DNA of 64,000 bases from a virus, in IMG/VR virus record IMGVR_UViG_3300020430_000008, positions 32,001 through 96,000 of that record, one strand, 5' to 3'. Below, piece after piece: positions 33,601 to 39,956 of the stretch. The notes under the pieces were generated by a model, which was not told the origin of the DNA, did not search any database, and saw nothing but the letters and a program-made list of their open reading frames with translations. Position 1 is the first letter of the stretch. Each line of letters opens with the position of its first letter. A program made the position numbers and the translations under genes.

Positions 33601-36202
33601 TAAAATCTGTATGTAAAGCACCGACATAGCAGCGCTTTGATGAACTCAAAAATGCTTTTCCGACCGCTTCACTCACTGTGGTCGTTTTTAAGAATTCATG
33701 CTGCACAACGTCCGTGAAAACGTTTACACCGTAGAACTCCACATCAAACGTTTGATCGCCGAGCGCACCGTCAGAGCCACTAATGTGATCAACCCACGGG
33801 TGCTTAGTGGGCTTGACACGGACAGCGAAATTCCATCGCGTATCGTCATAAACATCTTCGTAATAATCAGTAGTTAGTGTTCCAAGCCTGTCTGATTTCA
33901 ACATGAACCGGGCGCGCTTAGACTCTAATTTATCTTTGAGTGCAAATACCTTGAGATCTACCGGGCTTTCAGTGGGAAAACGAGTGTCTGTTTGGCTCTC
34001 AACTGTGCCCTTAGCACCAAACATTGAAGCCGTAACAAATGTGTCAGGATACCACTGCTTGCTGAGGATGTCTTCTGTCTTAAGTGGGAAGAACACCTCG
34101 CATTCAATAGTCTGCGCATTGTATTCGCCAAAGCCGCTTGAGCCAGTGATATAAGCGCGAGCATTTGGGTTACTATACACGCCGTCAACAGACATCGAAA
34201 CAGCTTGATAGACTGTACCGGCGATTCGATCACTGTGGTTGAACGTAACATAGTTTGTTTTGTTTGAAGTTGCGCGGCGATTATCTTTGAAAACATAGTC
34301 AGAATTGTCAGCGTACGCATTAATCTTGACAAGCTCATCATCAACACCAAAGCAGCGCAACATGTTTCGCATCGACTTCTCTGTACCCTTTGTCTTAAAA
34401 ACGTACAGCAGGTTAGCGTAAATGTTGGAGTAGATTTGGTTGCGAATATTATAAAGCTTTTCTTCGTATTCTTCGACTTCGTTGCGGTTCAAAAAGTTTT
34501 CAATAAGCTCTGCTTCTTGCAGGATTTCTGGAACTGCAATACCAAACTGTGTGACAAGGTTTTTCGCAAATGGCACAGGCTTGAAGCTTGCTGACACGTC
34601 GCCAGAAGAGTAAGAGCTTCCGTACCTGTCCTTGAGCTTACCTAAGCCTTCAATCTGCATATGCAGCTTATCAAAGTAGCTGGCAAAGATTTGAGTAAAG
34701 TGCTTAAGCGTCGTCGTTCTTGACTCTGTGTCAATCCAGTCAGGGAAATTGGATGTGATGAGGGAGTTATTAAGATTGTCATGAAGCGTACCGCTTGCAA
34801 CCATAGCAATCTCAAGATCTTCAACATCTGGATGTTCAGAATAGATGATCGGGTCATGGAACTCGTTCATGTTGTGACTACCAGATGCCATGGCAGAGCC
34901 ACTGTTGCGACACTCGGCAACGCCGCCCTTCCAGAATCCGTTAGAGATACGACCTGAGTAGTCTAGCACCGTGCGGTCACGGCTACCAGAGTTCATGATT
35001 CCTTCGTTAAACTTATAGTATACGCCAAGTCCGACGTTAGCCTTATCAGTGTTTGTGCCGCCGCCGACTTGTGTGAACCAGTAACGTCCAATCTGGCGCG
35101 GATCGCGCTCTAGCTTCCAGAAACGGAACTCATCAAGAGATGCAGAAAGCTTTGCGCCACCCTTTGCAATCGTAGTAGAATCGTAGAATCCTGTCGCACC
35201 AGATGGTGGCGCAATCAAAGCGCCGATGGTCGCCATCATAGAGCCTGTAACTCTACCAAGACCGGTGGAGCCAAGCTTGGCTGAACCGCTGACTTGTCCG
35301 TTTACATAAAGTTTGGCAGTGATACCGTCATTGTTAGCGTGGTTCTTGAGCGTAATCGCGTAATGCTTCCAAACACCGTCAGCAACCTCAGATGGCGTGA
35401 GCGTGGCAAGAGGCTCGTTGACGAACCCAGAAGTACCGGACTGGGCAGTAAGCCTGATTGATGAGCCTGCGTCAGAACCGCCCGAAAGCTCGATCATCAA
35501 GCGACCATAGCCAGCAGACGATGAGTTTTCGTTGTTCCATAGATCGAAAACAACCTCTCGCTCTGTCTTGCTTGTGTAGAAAGAATTCTTGAGCATCCAG
35601 AACTCGACAGTCATACCGGTTCTAAGATCGTATTCTAAGTTGTACTCACGGGCTGAGCCTGAATCATAAACGTTGGAGAAGTCGAACAACTTCTTAAGTT
35701 GTACGTCCTGAGTCTCAAATGTTCTATCGGCAGAGCCCGTGTTGGGACCACCCTTGATTTCAATATATTCTAAGATGTTGTTGCTGGTGGTGTCGGGCAT
35801 GCCATAGCCACCAACACCGGACGATTCGCTGACCATGCTTAGCCAGTCGCCAGAACCAGAGGTAGTACCTAAGTGAACGTAACCGGTACTTCTTGGGTAT
35901 TTGTATTCCAGCATCCATCGATCCAAAAAGGAAGATGAATTGTGGAAGTCTAAAACTTCGTATTTTGATCCGTCGTACGGATAACTGTTATAGATTCGCT
36001 GAATACTGTCTTCGTAGTATTTTGCTGCCGAACCATATCTTGCAAAGTTAGATGCCGTAGAAAAGTCTACAGGAGGGACATACTCATTTTTGTCTTGGAC
36101 AAACGCATCCGTGTACGCATCAGACTCAACTTCATAAGCTGTCTCATCTGCGCTGCCGGATTTCGTTACTTTTGTGCTCTCAAATAAATCCTTAAGACTC
36201 AT
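21617..36202 (-). CDS. Giant (4861 aa) baseplate wedge protein, gp7/P2 gpI-like core with LamG/ConA-like domains
   Basis: FKTKGTEKSMRNMLRCFG matches the KGT wedge motif. LamG-like TVEFW...WKHYAITL...LYVNG...LDEFRFWK. Lies downstream of gp25 and gp6. Confidence 0.7.
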   Translation of the reverse strand: MSLKDLFESTKVTKSGSADETAYEVESDAYTDAFVQDKNEYVPPVDFSTASNFARYGSAAKYYEDSIQRIYNSYPYDGSKYEVLDFHNSSSFLDRWMLEYKYPRSTGYVHLGTTSGSGDWLSMVSESSGVGGYGMPDTTSNNILEYIEIKGGPNTGSADRTFETQDVQLKKLFDFSNVYDSGSAREYNLEYDLRTGMTVEFWMLKNSFYTSKTEREVVFDLWNNENSSSAGYGRLMIELSGGSDAGSSIRLTAQSGTSGFVNEPLATLTPSEVADGVWKHYAITLKNHANNDGITAKLYVNGQVSGSAKLGSTGLGRVTGSMMATIGALIAPPSGATGFYDSTTIAKGGAKLSASLDEFRFWKLERDPRQIGRYWFTQVGGGTNTDKANVGLGVYYKFNEGIMNSGSRDRTVLDYSGRISNGFWKGGVAECRNSGSAMASGSHNMNEFHDPIIYSEHPDVEDLEIAMVASGTLHDNLNNSLITSNFPDWIDTESRTTTLKHFTQIFASYFDKLHMQIEGLGKLKDRYGSSYSSGDVSASFKPVPFAKNLVTQFGIAVPEILQEAELIENFLNRNEVEEYEEKLYNIRNQIYSNIYANLLYVFKTKGTEKSMRNMLRCFGVDDELVKINAYADNSDYVFKDNRRATSNKTNYVTFNHSDRIAGTVYQAVSMSVDGVYSNPNARAYITGSSGFGEYNAQTIECEVFFPLKTEDILSKQWYPDTFVTASMFGAKGTVESQTDTRFPTESPVDLKVFALKDKLESKRARFMLKSDRLGTLTTDYYEDVYDDTRWNFAVRVKPTKHPWVDHISGSDGALGDQTFDVEFYGVNVFTDVVQHEFLKTTTVSEAVGKAFLSSSKRCYVGALHTDFTGSTEYYSNVEVGNLRYWFSDVSDDVVLTHAMDQSSFGVESPYKNAFIYQTSMSGNYVPQIATLALHWNFDNVTGSGPSPTTTENTKDAQFIVQDISSGSAEHGERYEPAFSDQVMMQHLGIGDFFLENKKDIVNTRYIPTAKVVLPEYLHSSDMVEIRQNDDEFFTIDTRPSKVYYSIEKSMYQTISEEMVKMFSSIKDFDNLIGEPVNRYRPKYKDLGKLRQLFFEKMPNSPDLDKYVDYYKWIDSAVSRFLEDLFPASAEHSEGMQTMVESHMLERNKYETKFPSMEMADDPPAASFDTINTLLYDYQRGHAPVPLAPGGAEMMDQDDNCLWWSKRAEREHPILASTALSASSPGMNLSGTLTSRIAIFSASTSAFNRKLHTPYKYSVDQTRIIHGGINYDDNKKLDYVYPATVPFSPRGVDYGKFGGYPLGYLVAKDMDTDASPSASLPQCDMPRSASYGAKVKREGYRVMDGWEGFKSQAGNQAYVAPIAASGTVTVTNSADLYDIGIHKVLLQLTTTDGTVVSVYQAGAKDFTDANNPIIERIDASINSDSWREGYGYRIFEALNNHPKLTAAFTGEVGGAFPFVTVTQAEAGISGNRSIILTGSVPGSSTTFETNGLESTPLQGGQEGVTPTPSWGSGSYIHFRGNLVMPFNVISSSADDVNEGYTKLINQDLTVWGGGTGVGHSTDAGTYINKRSHAYGLHESRTGDDDDGSATATELGGLGRGVNLVNLHTDTYGEDKETPMQGPFTEKYVGGRKYRHAAINDGTDTLKNRMEGWLVLINTALSTSSGILHATSGGVGLTGPDYPFPHGPYPFQADDGGGGNSIHWRPIGGRYYRDEVAKRPVNIRNIQMVTSSAKTAVIGEHRVDVIASDGDDESSWTKHYHEQIATGSAITVLGNYRHNYEVVHTVGRSNQKPFLRDNQSVRNISQTGSAYEIGSNPAVGGRWQLIDGVVDGEIDYGAWYAPDDTDLTKLGQVSSSVRTGADSGARPIDLLATTHVETILTMPQRFWTDKDQDGNLLLHDLQDKINHASFDYSQTGAQQIHFKIIPKLRRTDFGDGEDQHAFIYTNFQVQSRESGSTNLNTIIANRFSAPGGPRNQSKGFLDLAAEEYSVYNAYPWRNLEVLGSSSGEYLSTKAEIHSSSHHPRLGLRSLRAMPSGRFGVENVVGQDTEIQDHSHDYGVSPSWHKVHRNGRLEHRNVTPLHGINTEKVEKRIYDNDYVTRPIPQNEYQYAWISASLAPSGANSTYFNLGHGYNIQGLNHPTPSGSRPVDPIIFISASDAGSSIAGEDTHATSADQGFRYFGIAKGLGTEHIPNVHRLNLNIRETQNNWLTDGSGAVALGFYASGGILPADDPLPIGHNTGESRGGFAYASRIANLHNYVNFAIQFGKGLRVLSSDKNGDAIMLSSIVPNEDPLYLQGAFVQDNDGTGLWRNEPIRWDILPQYWSGSSGYWSDVSLTGPNYTDSTDYHEEYAIRQSVGSIFNSLMWKRNGPYGYPTWKQIRGGEHELAQTMRKNNRYVVVDPRSDRVVPPKPGFVGRVRSLRRMQGSDAVAAFRKLGHINTAERKHHHYYVPVVETNAKTMLAAIHRGALTATWSSAQVAQGLDLLSPGGITPSSAPSVSYSVDPDKMLYANVTHVNNLKYFPDSQLNEDVGLRNFKTDRTAYNDLYEMYTEMTDLGGDDAYTLVDLTYRETVFPQSHHASHTDMRKRANYVAGFWAADESAVHVDPDDHASRRSFVDPVGRRTYYDHPDTRNARGVWKFSRGDGANFRRTIYRGGAWHFVDAFEVSEGEIQEALKAENKVALRASASVWPMDGAVDIGTIAGYQGTIGIGPAQYRASASAANINRSEPFTMNVGVTDAYTLGAPGILQNQHTWFHNGMAYGFDAEYINNLNRAAVVSSSTLSQDDFNDIAQQVGIYKEDLFQNEITERYVEGPAAGMAFGPSYARPHMLVGRDSYCSPSAGKAAYSRRFNFTSETATLSGAASYGKGDGIAPFFTALDTNKATIPFTSSIASAVLNFGDRIVSQLTRSIGHDVEGLYVSDWKWKAPEQSGKAPFYENYAKWFEELRGKSQDRQVLPEYRISDRIPYFVLDKQGRFTSRDSQWLSIHGNPSSSVGALTSSSDTTSIAGTITGSFMSDYAVTANASLLDAIKTENAGIAEPYELTLTCDAVVKFLPYQGFYPQLRTVDLCKQFIDSYDEHVTFESDLGINDLPSSFVRADTSGSVSNTFDAFGSARSDSTPWFAFSPFEWSAELGFHGGFLGYTGGNSSDVAAYGFIYLKWNSYFELDDGNSFDIKDDDDVVVRFEYDTARSFNSFAEISPVPDSYSGINKLYRWRGPVMNTVDNNVLLNRPYITATVLRNAINDAHGNGYINVYAPYQASLIGGFQVAIKIMYETDHGSPDADGTPGTAGNACQFRTKGITSTEGSPSSFFGSITSWKNFENGESALATIDAGFARANFYSDEDFSAYNFDIDQIQDPTNQRVGGSGKLTAEGYETHGRNPAAAKRPFYGPFMAPGILFNTIKSGIAVDYPVLHRKLATTASVDRDGGRNYQILNEYFDNRLPFETLVEPEKYLTNVPLIDMEPHPSASINVTASWNGQGDPLYKMMMHNFLAEIPNFYLAEQSMQSFVSLPESDNNFGQVSAVVHNGEQVIPEYRMMVKLWKSQALAKRKLTPSASNHWQNHRGPLKPLTTTALDNSNSGTLVFNGGYQPCYTTDYIQMERMGFGSEGGTGPGYMIDLYRSPDGVNYSREESLYPRPQNDAPETITMYSRPSAFGPPCAGGYAFEPELHYIYTGSVAPMSMSYGATSDADVPAGSHVPGSGTVGKVSWHHGTTHGMKDGTTGYNAPFTPPYYDGQAWAFITFKPTRTGKHYLDDIWEQSTINFLRYELDYVSGAYGDWGTIGPQGYAINVNAMQIDAAVNIKGRTQIKEVAYDATTGLPQTVQDSNQTTARNSAWVIQTKLETPILHFGYGLTDNQSAPTLSGSISTAAFSESNGYHHGYAGLCEPIGMWHQYGEIPSASQGIYLEVSDIPLSYLQNGTEMTIPNPKWLHITGSPDFNAGAGANIVKWGDGADGSGDPVIYRGGLDWDGHQSGTFTDSIVNGGSASKRLLLGMGYRQSGSFSGSEQAYVVGRDTIRFPDKVADGTLERGGRQQYMRWRLMSTGSLAGIIADHTHLQILSADDGTILDTTWGVTLHPNASTPGLSGSNMPAFERGFYIDASVTGSNIMSGSAHAGGDNVVHGDGEYGPPAHADQMTYLNRGYPGTSSLRQKLMGIGKLPSTYSEDANRAIQLMGIPFRNYYTQWKFDVPNNPNVDKKNLAASYQSELHKNKRGVIPNPPHFSNNISTGSFGDALGATLYTHQLMNTHPYQTCKIGYSVYYFENTGSHNTHLNTVTHKGPGTGRGLPANGFEAGAADYQVPLSNSIGVGRAEIICGYTGSEGIYGVDADGNFEKAIAPRYERYARSIDSPLSGNHPRYPNTNFAYSGYTHGETSYQRYASDYYGEAAGSASNKSNVFGFHNDTVASDATEAGDLQDIYPLGMMGYAQGSTHNEEIERMDPIKLWYTNPVHIANLRYADNLYRHPNGGGGSVTHAGTDSTLDYFSSEKIMAKFPDLEAALNSPRTVPSGKFLPRAGVPALTRSLGSLVGFNIGAKKLGQVAETKKVKEAVIVMPYVMAGPNRSRRRFVELNRDQIDRYFGRNDFSNTAYWASLEKLRGLEGTAVSPVSGLQVNLGASVLRQITLMQDYIIPPHLDFTRTTTAKPYAMYIFEYEHEFSAQDLADMWQGLYPDSGKIMKQVTKQVSHKLNVLELLGAAAEDGGDLPNQLRFMVFKVKQRAEINYFAQTTDSLDDDRFKFKFKAGEARRATEYSYNWPYDFFSLVETAKIDMSVTLRNKKLIENIQLQELNERLELGTRASSIADLSLRSSTSMSIISISETTVRTAARNATTSMATAAISATYGTPSPAAGVTPSSGPTLSGPTRGGY

Positions 36203-37703
36203 GCTTCTCTACTCTGAATTTGAATACTTCGGGCTGCTCCACATAGGTATCCAGTGCCCCATTATAGTAGGCAAACTGAATAGCGTAACCGTACCCCGGT
36301 TCAAAAATCTCCATATCCAAATCGAAATAGTTTCCTGACACGTCGAACGATAGCTGTGTTTCCAAGTCGCTGCCTGTTCCATGTGGTATGACCTCGTAAT
36401 CATCTGCGATTCTATAAATCTTATACGAACCGCTATCAATACTGTGATTTGGGATTGTGGCTGTAGCCTTGGAATAAATAGATGGGCTCCAACCTTTTTC
36501 TCGCACGAAAAGACGGAATCTTGCTGTCTCGTCGCGGCTGTACGCAGCCTTGAGGTTCGTGATTTTTGTAACGTATTGCGGTGTCGGGTTGTAGGACACG
36601 GCTTCCAGCAAGTTTGGATAAATAGAGCCAGTGTGCCACTGTGTATCATCAACACGTCCTGTGTGCCATACATCAAAAAGCTTGTCAATAGGCGGGGAAG
36701 CAGCAGTAAGGCATACAGAAGCAGTGTAAACACCGGTTGCGACCCAGCCACCAGTTGCAGGCGTAGAAGCCGACATTTGATCCGAAGTGGTTACCAGCGT
36801 CAATGCGCTGGTGTCTGGCACTGTGTTATCTGCAGAGCCAGAGTACAGGTGAACATAGACACTACCTGTGCCGCCAGCTTCACCAGCAGACTCGCTGATG
36901 TGTGGCAGATTCTTTAACTGCCCTCTGACATAATTGTACAGATACAGTGTGTTCATGTTGTCATCAGCCTCAGCTAATGAGCTACTATAATAAAAGTTTG
37001 ATCGGTCGTCCTTATCTGCGGAGTTCCAACGCGCCTCAATGATTGGGCGCTTAAAGAAATATTGACTGCCTCTGCAGAAAAACTTTTTGGTATACAAAGA
37101 GCCGGAAGCAACCTCATGACTTGACGACAGCATAACGCCAACACCATAGTCGGTATATGTCCCTGCTAACCAGTATTCAACCATGCCAGTGATGTCTACA
37201 AACAAATCTTCTGTGCCGTCAACAAAGCTGGAAGAATATTGCAGACTTGTTTGATAATCTCCACCTTCGGAAGTCCAACTAACAAGCCCGCCGCCAGAAG
37301 AACTCTGCGCAATAATCCAGTTGCAGAAACCAAAATCTGAATAGCCGTCAGAATCGATGCCAGTTCCCTCATCCCAGTTTCTTGACACAGCCTTGACCAT
37401 AAGTGTGTAATCAGAAGGTACAGTGAACGGATGAACAGCGTTGAACAATCTCAAGTAGAAAGACACGTTACCACTTGCAGGCAATGTCCCTGCAGCACGA
37501 TCTGTTGTGATGTTCTCCGTGGGGAACTTGACCAAAATACGAGAGTTTTCAGATGAAGTCATCTGCTGCTGCCCGTAAATATGAAAAATCTCCATGCTGT
37601 CAGACGCACCCATGTTAGAGCCGGTAGCGCGCTTGCTTAAGCCGGATTTGAATGCGTTTGTGATGGTAGTGTCGTGGGTGGCGTAATACCTTTTGATGCC
37701 CAT
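36192..37703 (-). CDS. Baseplate-associated protein with N-terminal DNRLRE-like beta-sandwich
   Basis: ATHDTTI...NMG...SRILVKF...WDEGTG...W...GGD...DIT...W...GVML pattern. Confidence 0.6.
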   Translation of the reverse strand: MGIKRYYATHDTTITNAFKSGLSKRATGSNMGASDSMEIFHIYGQQQMTSSENSRILVKFPTENITTDRAAGTLPASGNVSFYLRLFNAVHPFTVPSDYTLMVKAVSRNWDEGTGIDSDGYSDFGFCNWIIAQSSSGGGLVSWTSEGGDYQTSLQYSSSFVDGTEDLFVDITGMVEYWLAGTYTDYGVGVMLSSSHEVASGSLYTKKFFCRGSQYFFKRPIIEARWNSADKDDRSNFYYSSSLAEADDNMNTLYLYNYVRGQLKNLPHISESAGEAGGTGSVYVHLYSGSADNTVPDTSALTLVTTSDQMSASTPATGGWVATGVYTASVCLTAASPPIDKLFDVWHTGRVDDTQWHTGSIYPNLLEAVSYNPTPQYVTKITNLKAAYSRDETARFRLFVREKGWSPSIYSKATATIPNHSIDSGSYKIYRIADDYEVIPHGTGSDLETQLSFDVSGNYFDLDMEIFEPGYGYAIQFAYYNGALDTYVEQPEVFKFRVEKHES

Positions 37704-39520
37704 TAGACGGTAACTCCCTTAATATCTTCAAACAAATATTTCACTTCCATAATAACATTTTCTGGAACTGCAATAAAGCGTTTGTCTGGCGTCATTTGCG
37801 CCTCGAAATTGAAACGAATGTCGGAGTAACGATCTCCAACTTTCTGATGAATGTCAACATCCACAACGTCCGCGACACCATCAAGACGACCAAGGATTCT
37901 ATAAATCTCGGTAATCTCAAGCGGCTCGCCAATGTCGTGCTTGCGGCGGTATCTTGCTCTCAGCACTCGACCGCAGCGTTGAAGAACGTCGTATTTGTTT
38001 TCCCCTGCCTCTACAACGATAGAGTAGGTAATGCCAAAGTTTACGATTTTCGCATCCAGAATGTCAATAGTGTCATTAATCATTCTATTATCATTTAGCC
38101 AAACTTTCAAATTGTTTTTAAGGGCAGGATTAGATTTTACCAATCTTCTCTCGACATCCTCTGAAACAACGTAAATATTAAGGTTTCGCTTAAATGAATC
38201 TCTGTCTTGCGCGAGGTTACAACGTGTGATTGAACCAAACTTTGGGGGCATCGAGTAGATCAAGGATTGATAATCTTTCTTTGTTACCGCTCTGTTCTGA
38301 GTTGCGTAGTTGTCAATAGTGGAGCGGCGAAGCTCGTCTGCACCCGGCATCGTGACATCACCGACGATGCGGTCGTCATTGTTGCACTCAAAAGAATTCT
38401 TGACTGCGGTAACCTTCTCTTCGTCCAAGTCAAAACGGTTAGCGAACTTGACTTTCATGTTTTGAATCTGCTGAATAGAGCTTGGCGATGCATTTGCGTT
38501 GCTGTTAGAGTTTACGCGGTACTGAACAGTGAGCGTAGTGTTTGATGGACCTACGCCGAACTTGTCGCTTTTAATAAGGTTTGTCGGGTCAAAGCCAACA
38601 TCGGTGATGTAGTTTCTGGCATGCAAATCCATGACCACATTCGCTGGCTCGATAACGTCACCAGTGACTGCACCGGCTTTCAGTTGATCTTCTGCGCCAT
38701 ATCCAAAAACAAGTGACGTGGTGCGTGAGTCGCGCTCGACAACAAAGCGGCGAGGGACTGCAAACGGCTTTAAAATATTAGGGACATTATGTCGCCAGAC
38801 GCCCATGTTGGGCACCTCTTTATAGATTGTGTCTTGGGAAAGATAGTCTACCTCAAAATAATCGTGACCTTCGGCATCTCTGACTCTCAAAATCTCAGCA
38901 ATGTTGATACCGACAAGCGGAACCTTTCTGAACTTCTCAAAGCCGCCGATGTTAATAGTTTGTGATGTGATTCTGCCTGAGACAATACTGCCCTTGGCAC
39001 GCACAACGTAATGTGTGGGTGCCCCGTTCTCGTCAACACGACCAACCACAACCTCGTTTTGAGTGTTGGCAAAATCAACATCTTCGGTAAGAATGAAACC
39101 ATCGCCGGAAGTAGACATAAACTGACTGCCCTTCAATGCAATCGGCAAGTATGCAGTATCTGGTCCAAGACCTGTGACGTTTGCGGGACACAACACGTAA
39201 AGCGTGATGATGCCAAAAGTGCTGGGCTTACCTCTGAACTTGTATCCCAGTTGACGACTGAGCTTGACTACATTATCGAACTCGACAGCCGTGTCAAGGA
39301 ACGATTCATTAACAGCATAGTCAAGATAGAACGACAAAACGTCGCCGACGTACGCAACCGTATCGACCATCATCGCTCCAAACGATGCGTCACTAAAGTC
39401 CTTGAATGAGTCTGGATAATATCTTTTTGCGTAGTCTACTAGGTCAGATTTGATGCTGCCGAAGTCTCTCGCAGTATATTTAATTGGAACCTTTTTACTC
39501 TCGTCATCCCACTTTGCCAT
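37703..39520 (-). CDS. Baseplate wedge subunit, T4 gp6 / baseplate J-like
   Basis: YTARDFGSIKSDL, AYVGDVLSFYLD...NESFLDTA, LGYK and QNRAVTKKDY are gp6-family motifs. Confidence 0.92.
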   Translation of the reverse strand: MAKWDDESKKVPIKYTARDFGSIKSDLVDYAKRYYPDSFKDFSDASFGAMMVDTVAYVGDVLSFYLDYAVNESFLDTAVEFDNVVKLSRQLGYKFRGKPSTFGIITLYVLCPANVTGLGPDTAYLPIALKGSQFMSTSGDGFILTEDVDFANTQNEVVVGRVDENGAPTHYVVRAKGSIVSGRITSQTINIGGFEKFRKVPLVGINIAEILRVRDAEGHDYFEVDYLSQDTIYKEVPNMGVWRHNVPNILKPFAVPRRFVVERDSRTTSLVFGYGAEDQLKAGAVTGDVIEPANVVMDLHARNYITDVGFDPTNLIKSDKFGVGPSNTTLTVQYRVNSNSNANASPSSIQQIQNMKVKFANRFDLDEEKVTAVKNSFECNNDDRIVGDVTMPGADELRRSTIDNYATQNRAVTKKDYQSLIYSMPPKFGSITRCNLAQDRDSFKRNLNIYVVSEDVERRLVKSNPALKNNLKVWLNDNRMINDTIDILDAKIVNFGITYSIVVEAGENKYDVLQRCGRVLRARYRRKHDIGEPLEITEIYRILGRLDGVADVVDVDIHQKVGDRYSDIRFNFEAQMTPDKRFIAVPENVIMEVKYLFEDIKGVTV

Positions 39521-39543
39521 CTAGATGTGTCTCCTGCAAATAA

Positions 39544-39551
39544 TAAATAGT
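39544..39551 (-). promoter_or_regulatory. Candidate late-promoter motif ACTATTTA
   Basis: In the AT-rich gap upstream of the GGAG SD and ATG at 39520 (gp6). Confidence 0.55.
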
Positions 39552-39563
39552 TAGTTACCTAAG

Positions 39564-39956
39564 TTATGCGCTTACTGGCACCTCAAGCATTGCTCTTCTG
39601 TTAAGAGGCTTAATATTGAAAATAAGTCTGATCATGACAGTGTTCGCAGCAATCGCAGTATTGCCCGTACCATTAGAGTCATAAGTGATGTCCTCAATCT
39701 CAATGTACGGTAAATACTTATCGACTTGCTGCTTGATTCTGGCAGAAACGTTTGAATAAGTTGACGGGTGATCCATTTCAAAAATAAACTTTCGCATGCC
39801 AACACCAAAATCAGGGTCCATGATCCTTTCTCCCGGTGCGGTAAGCATTAGCATGGTCAGATTTTGATTGACCAAATCAATATATTCTTTATTAAGTTTT
39901 ACTCCATCTCTATCGTCAGTAACGAAAGGAATTGCTGGTGAAAGTCCTTGTGCCAT
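39564..39956 (-). CDS. Baseplate wedge/sheath initiator, gp25/GPW family
   Basis: QNLTMLMLTAPGERIMDPDFG...KYLPYIEI. Confidence 0.93.
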   Translation of the reverse strand: MAQGLSPAIPFVTDDRDGVKLNKEYIDLVNQNLTMLMLTAPGERIMDPDFGVGMRKFIFEMDHPSTYSNVSARIKQQVDKYLPYIEIEDITYDSNGTGNTAIAANTVMIRLIFNIKPLNRRAMLEVPVSA

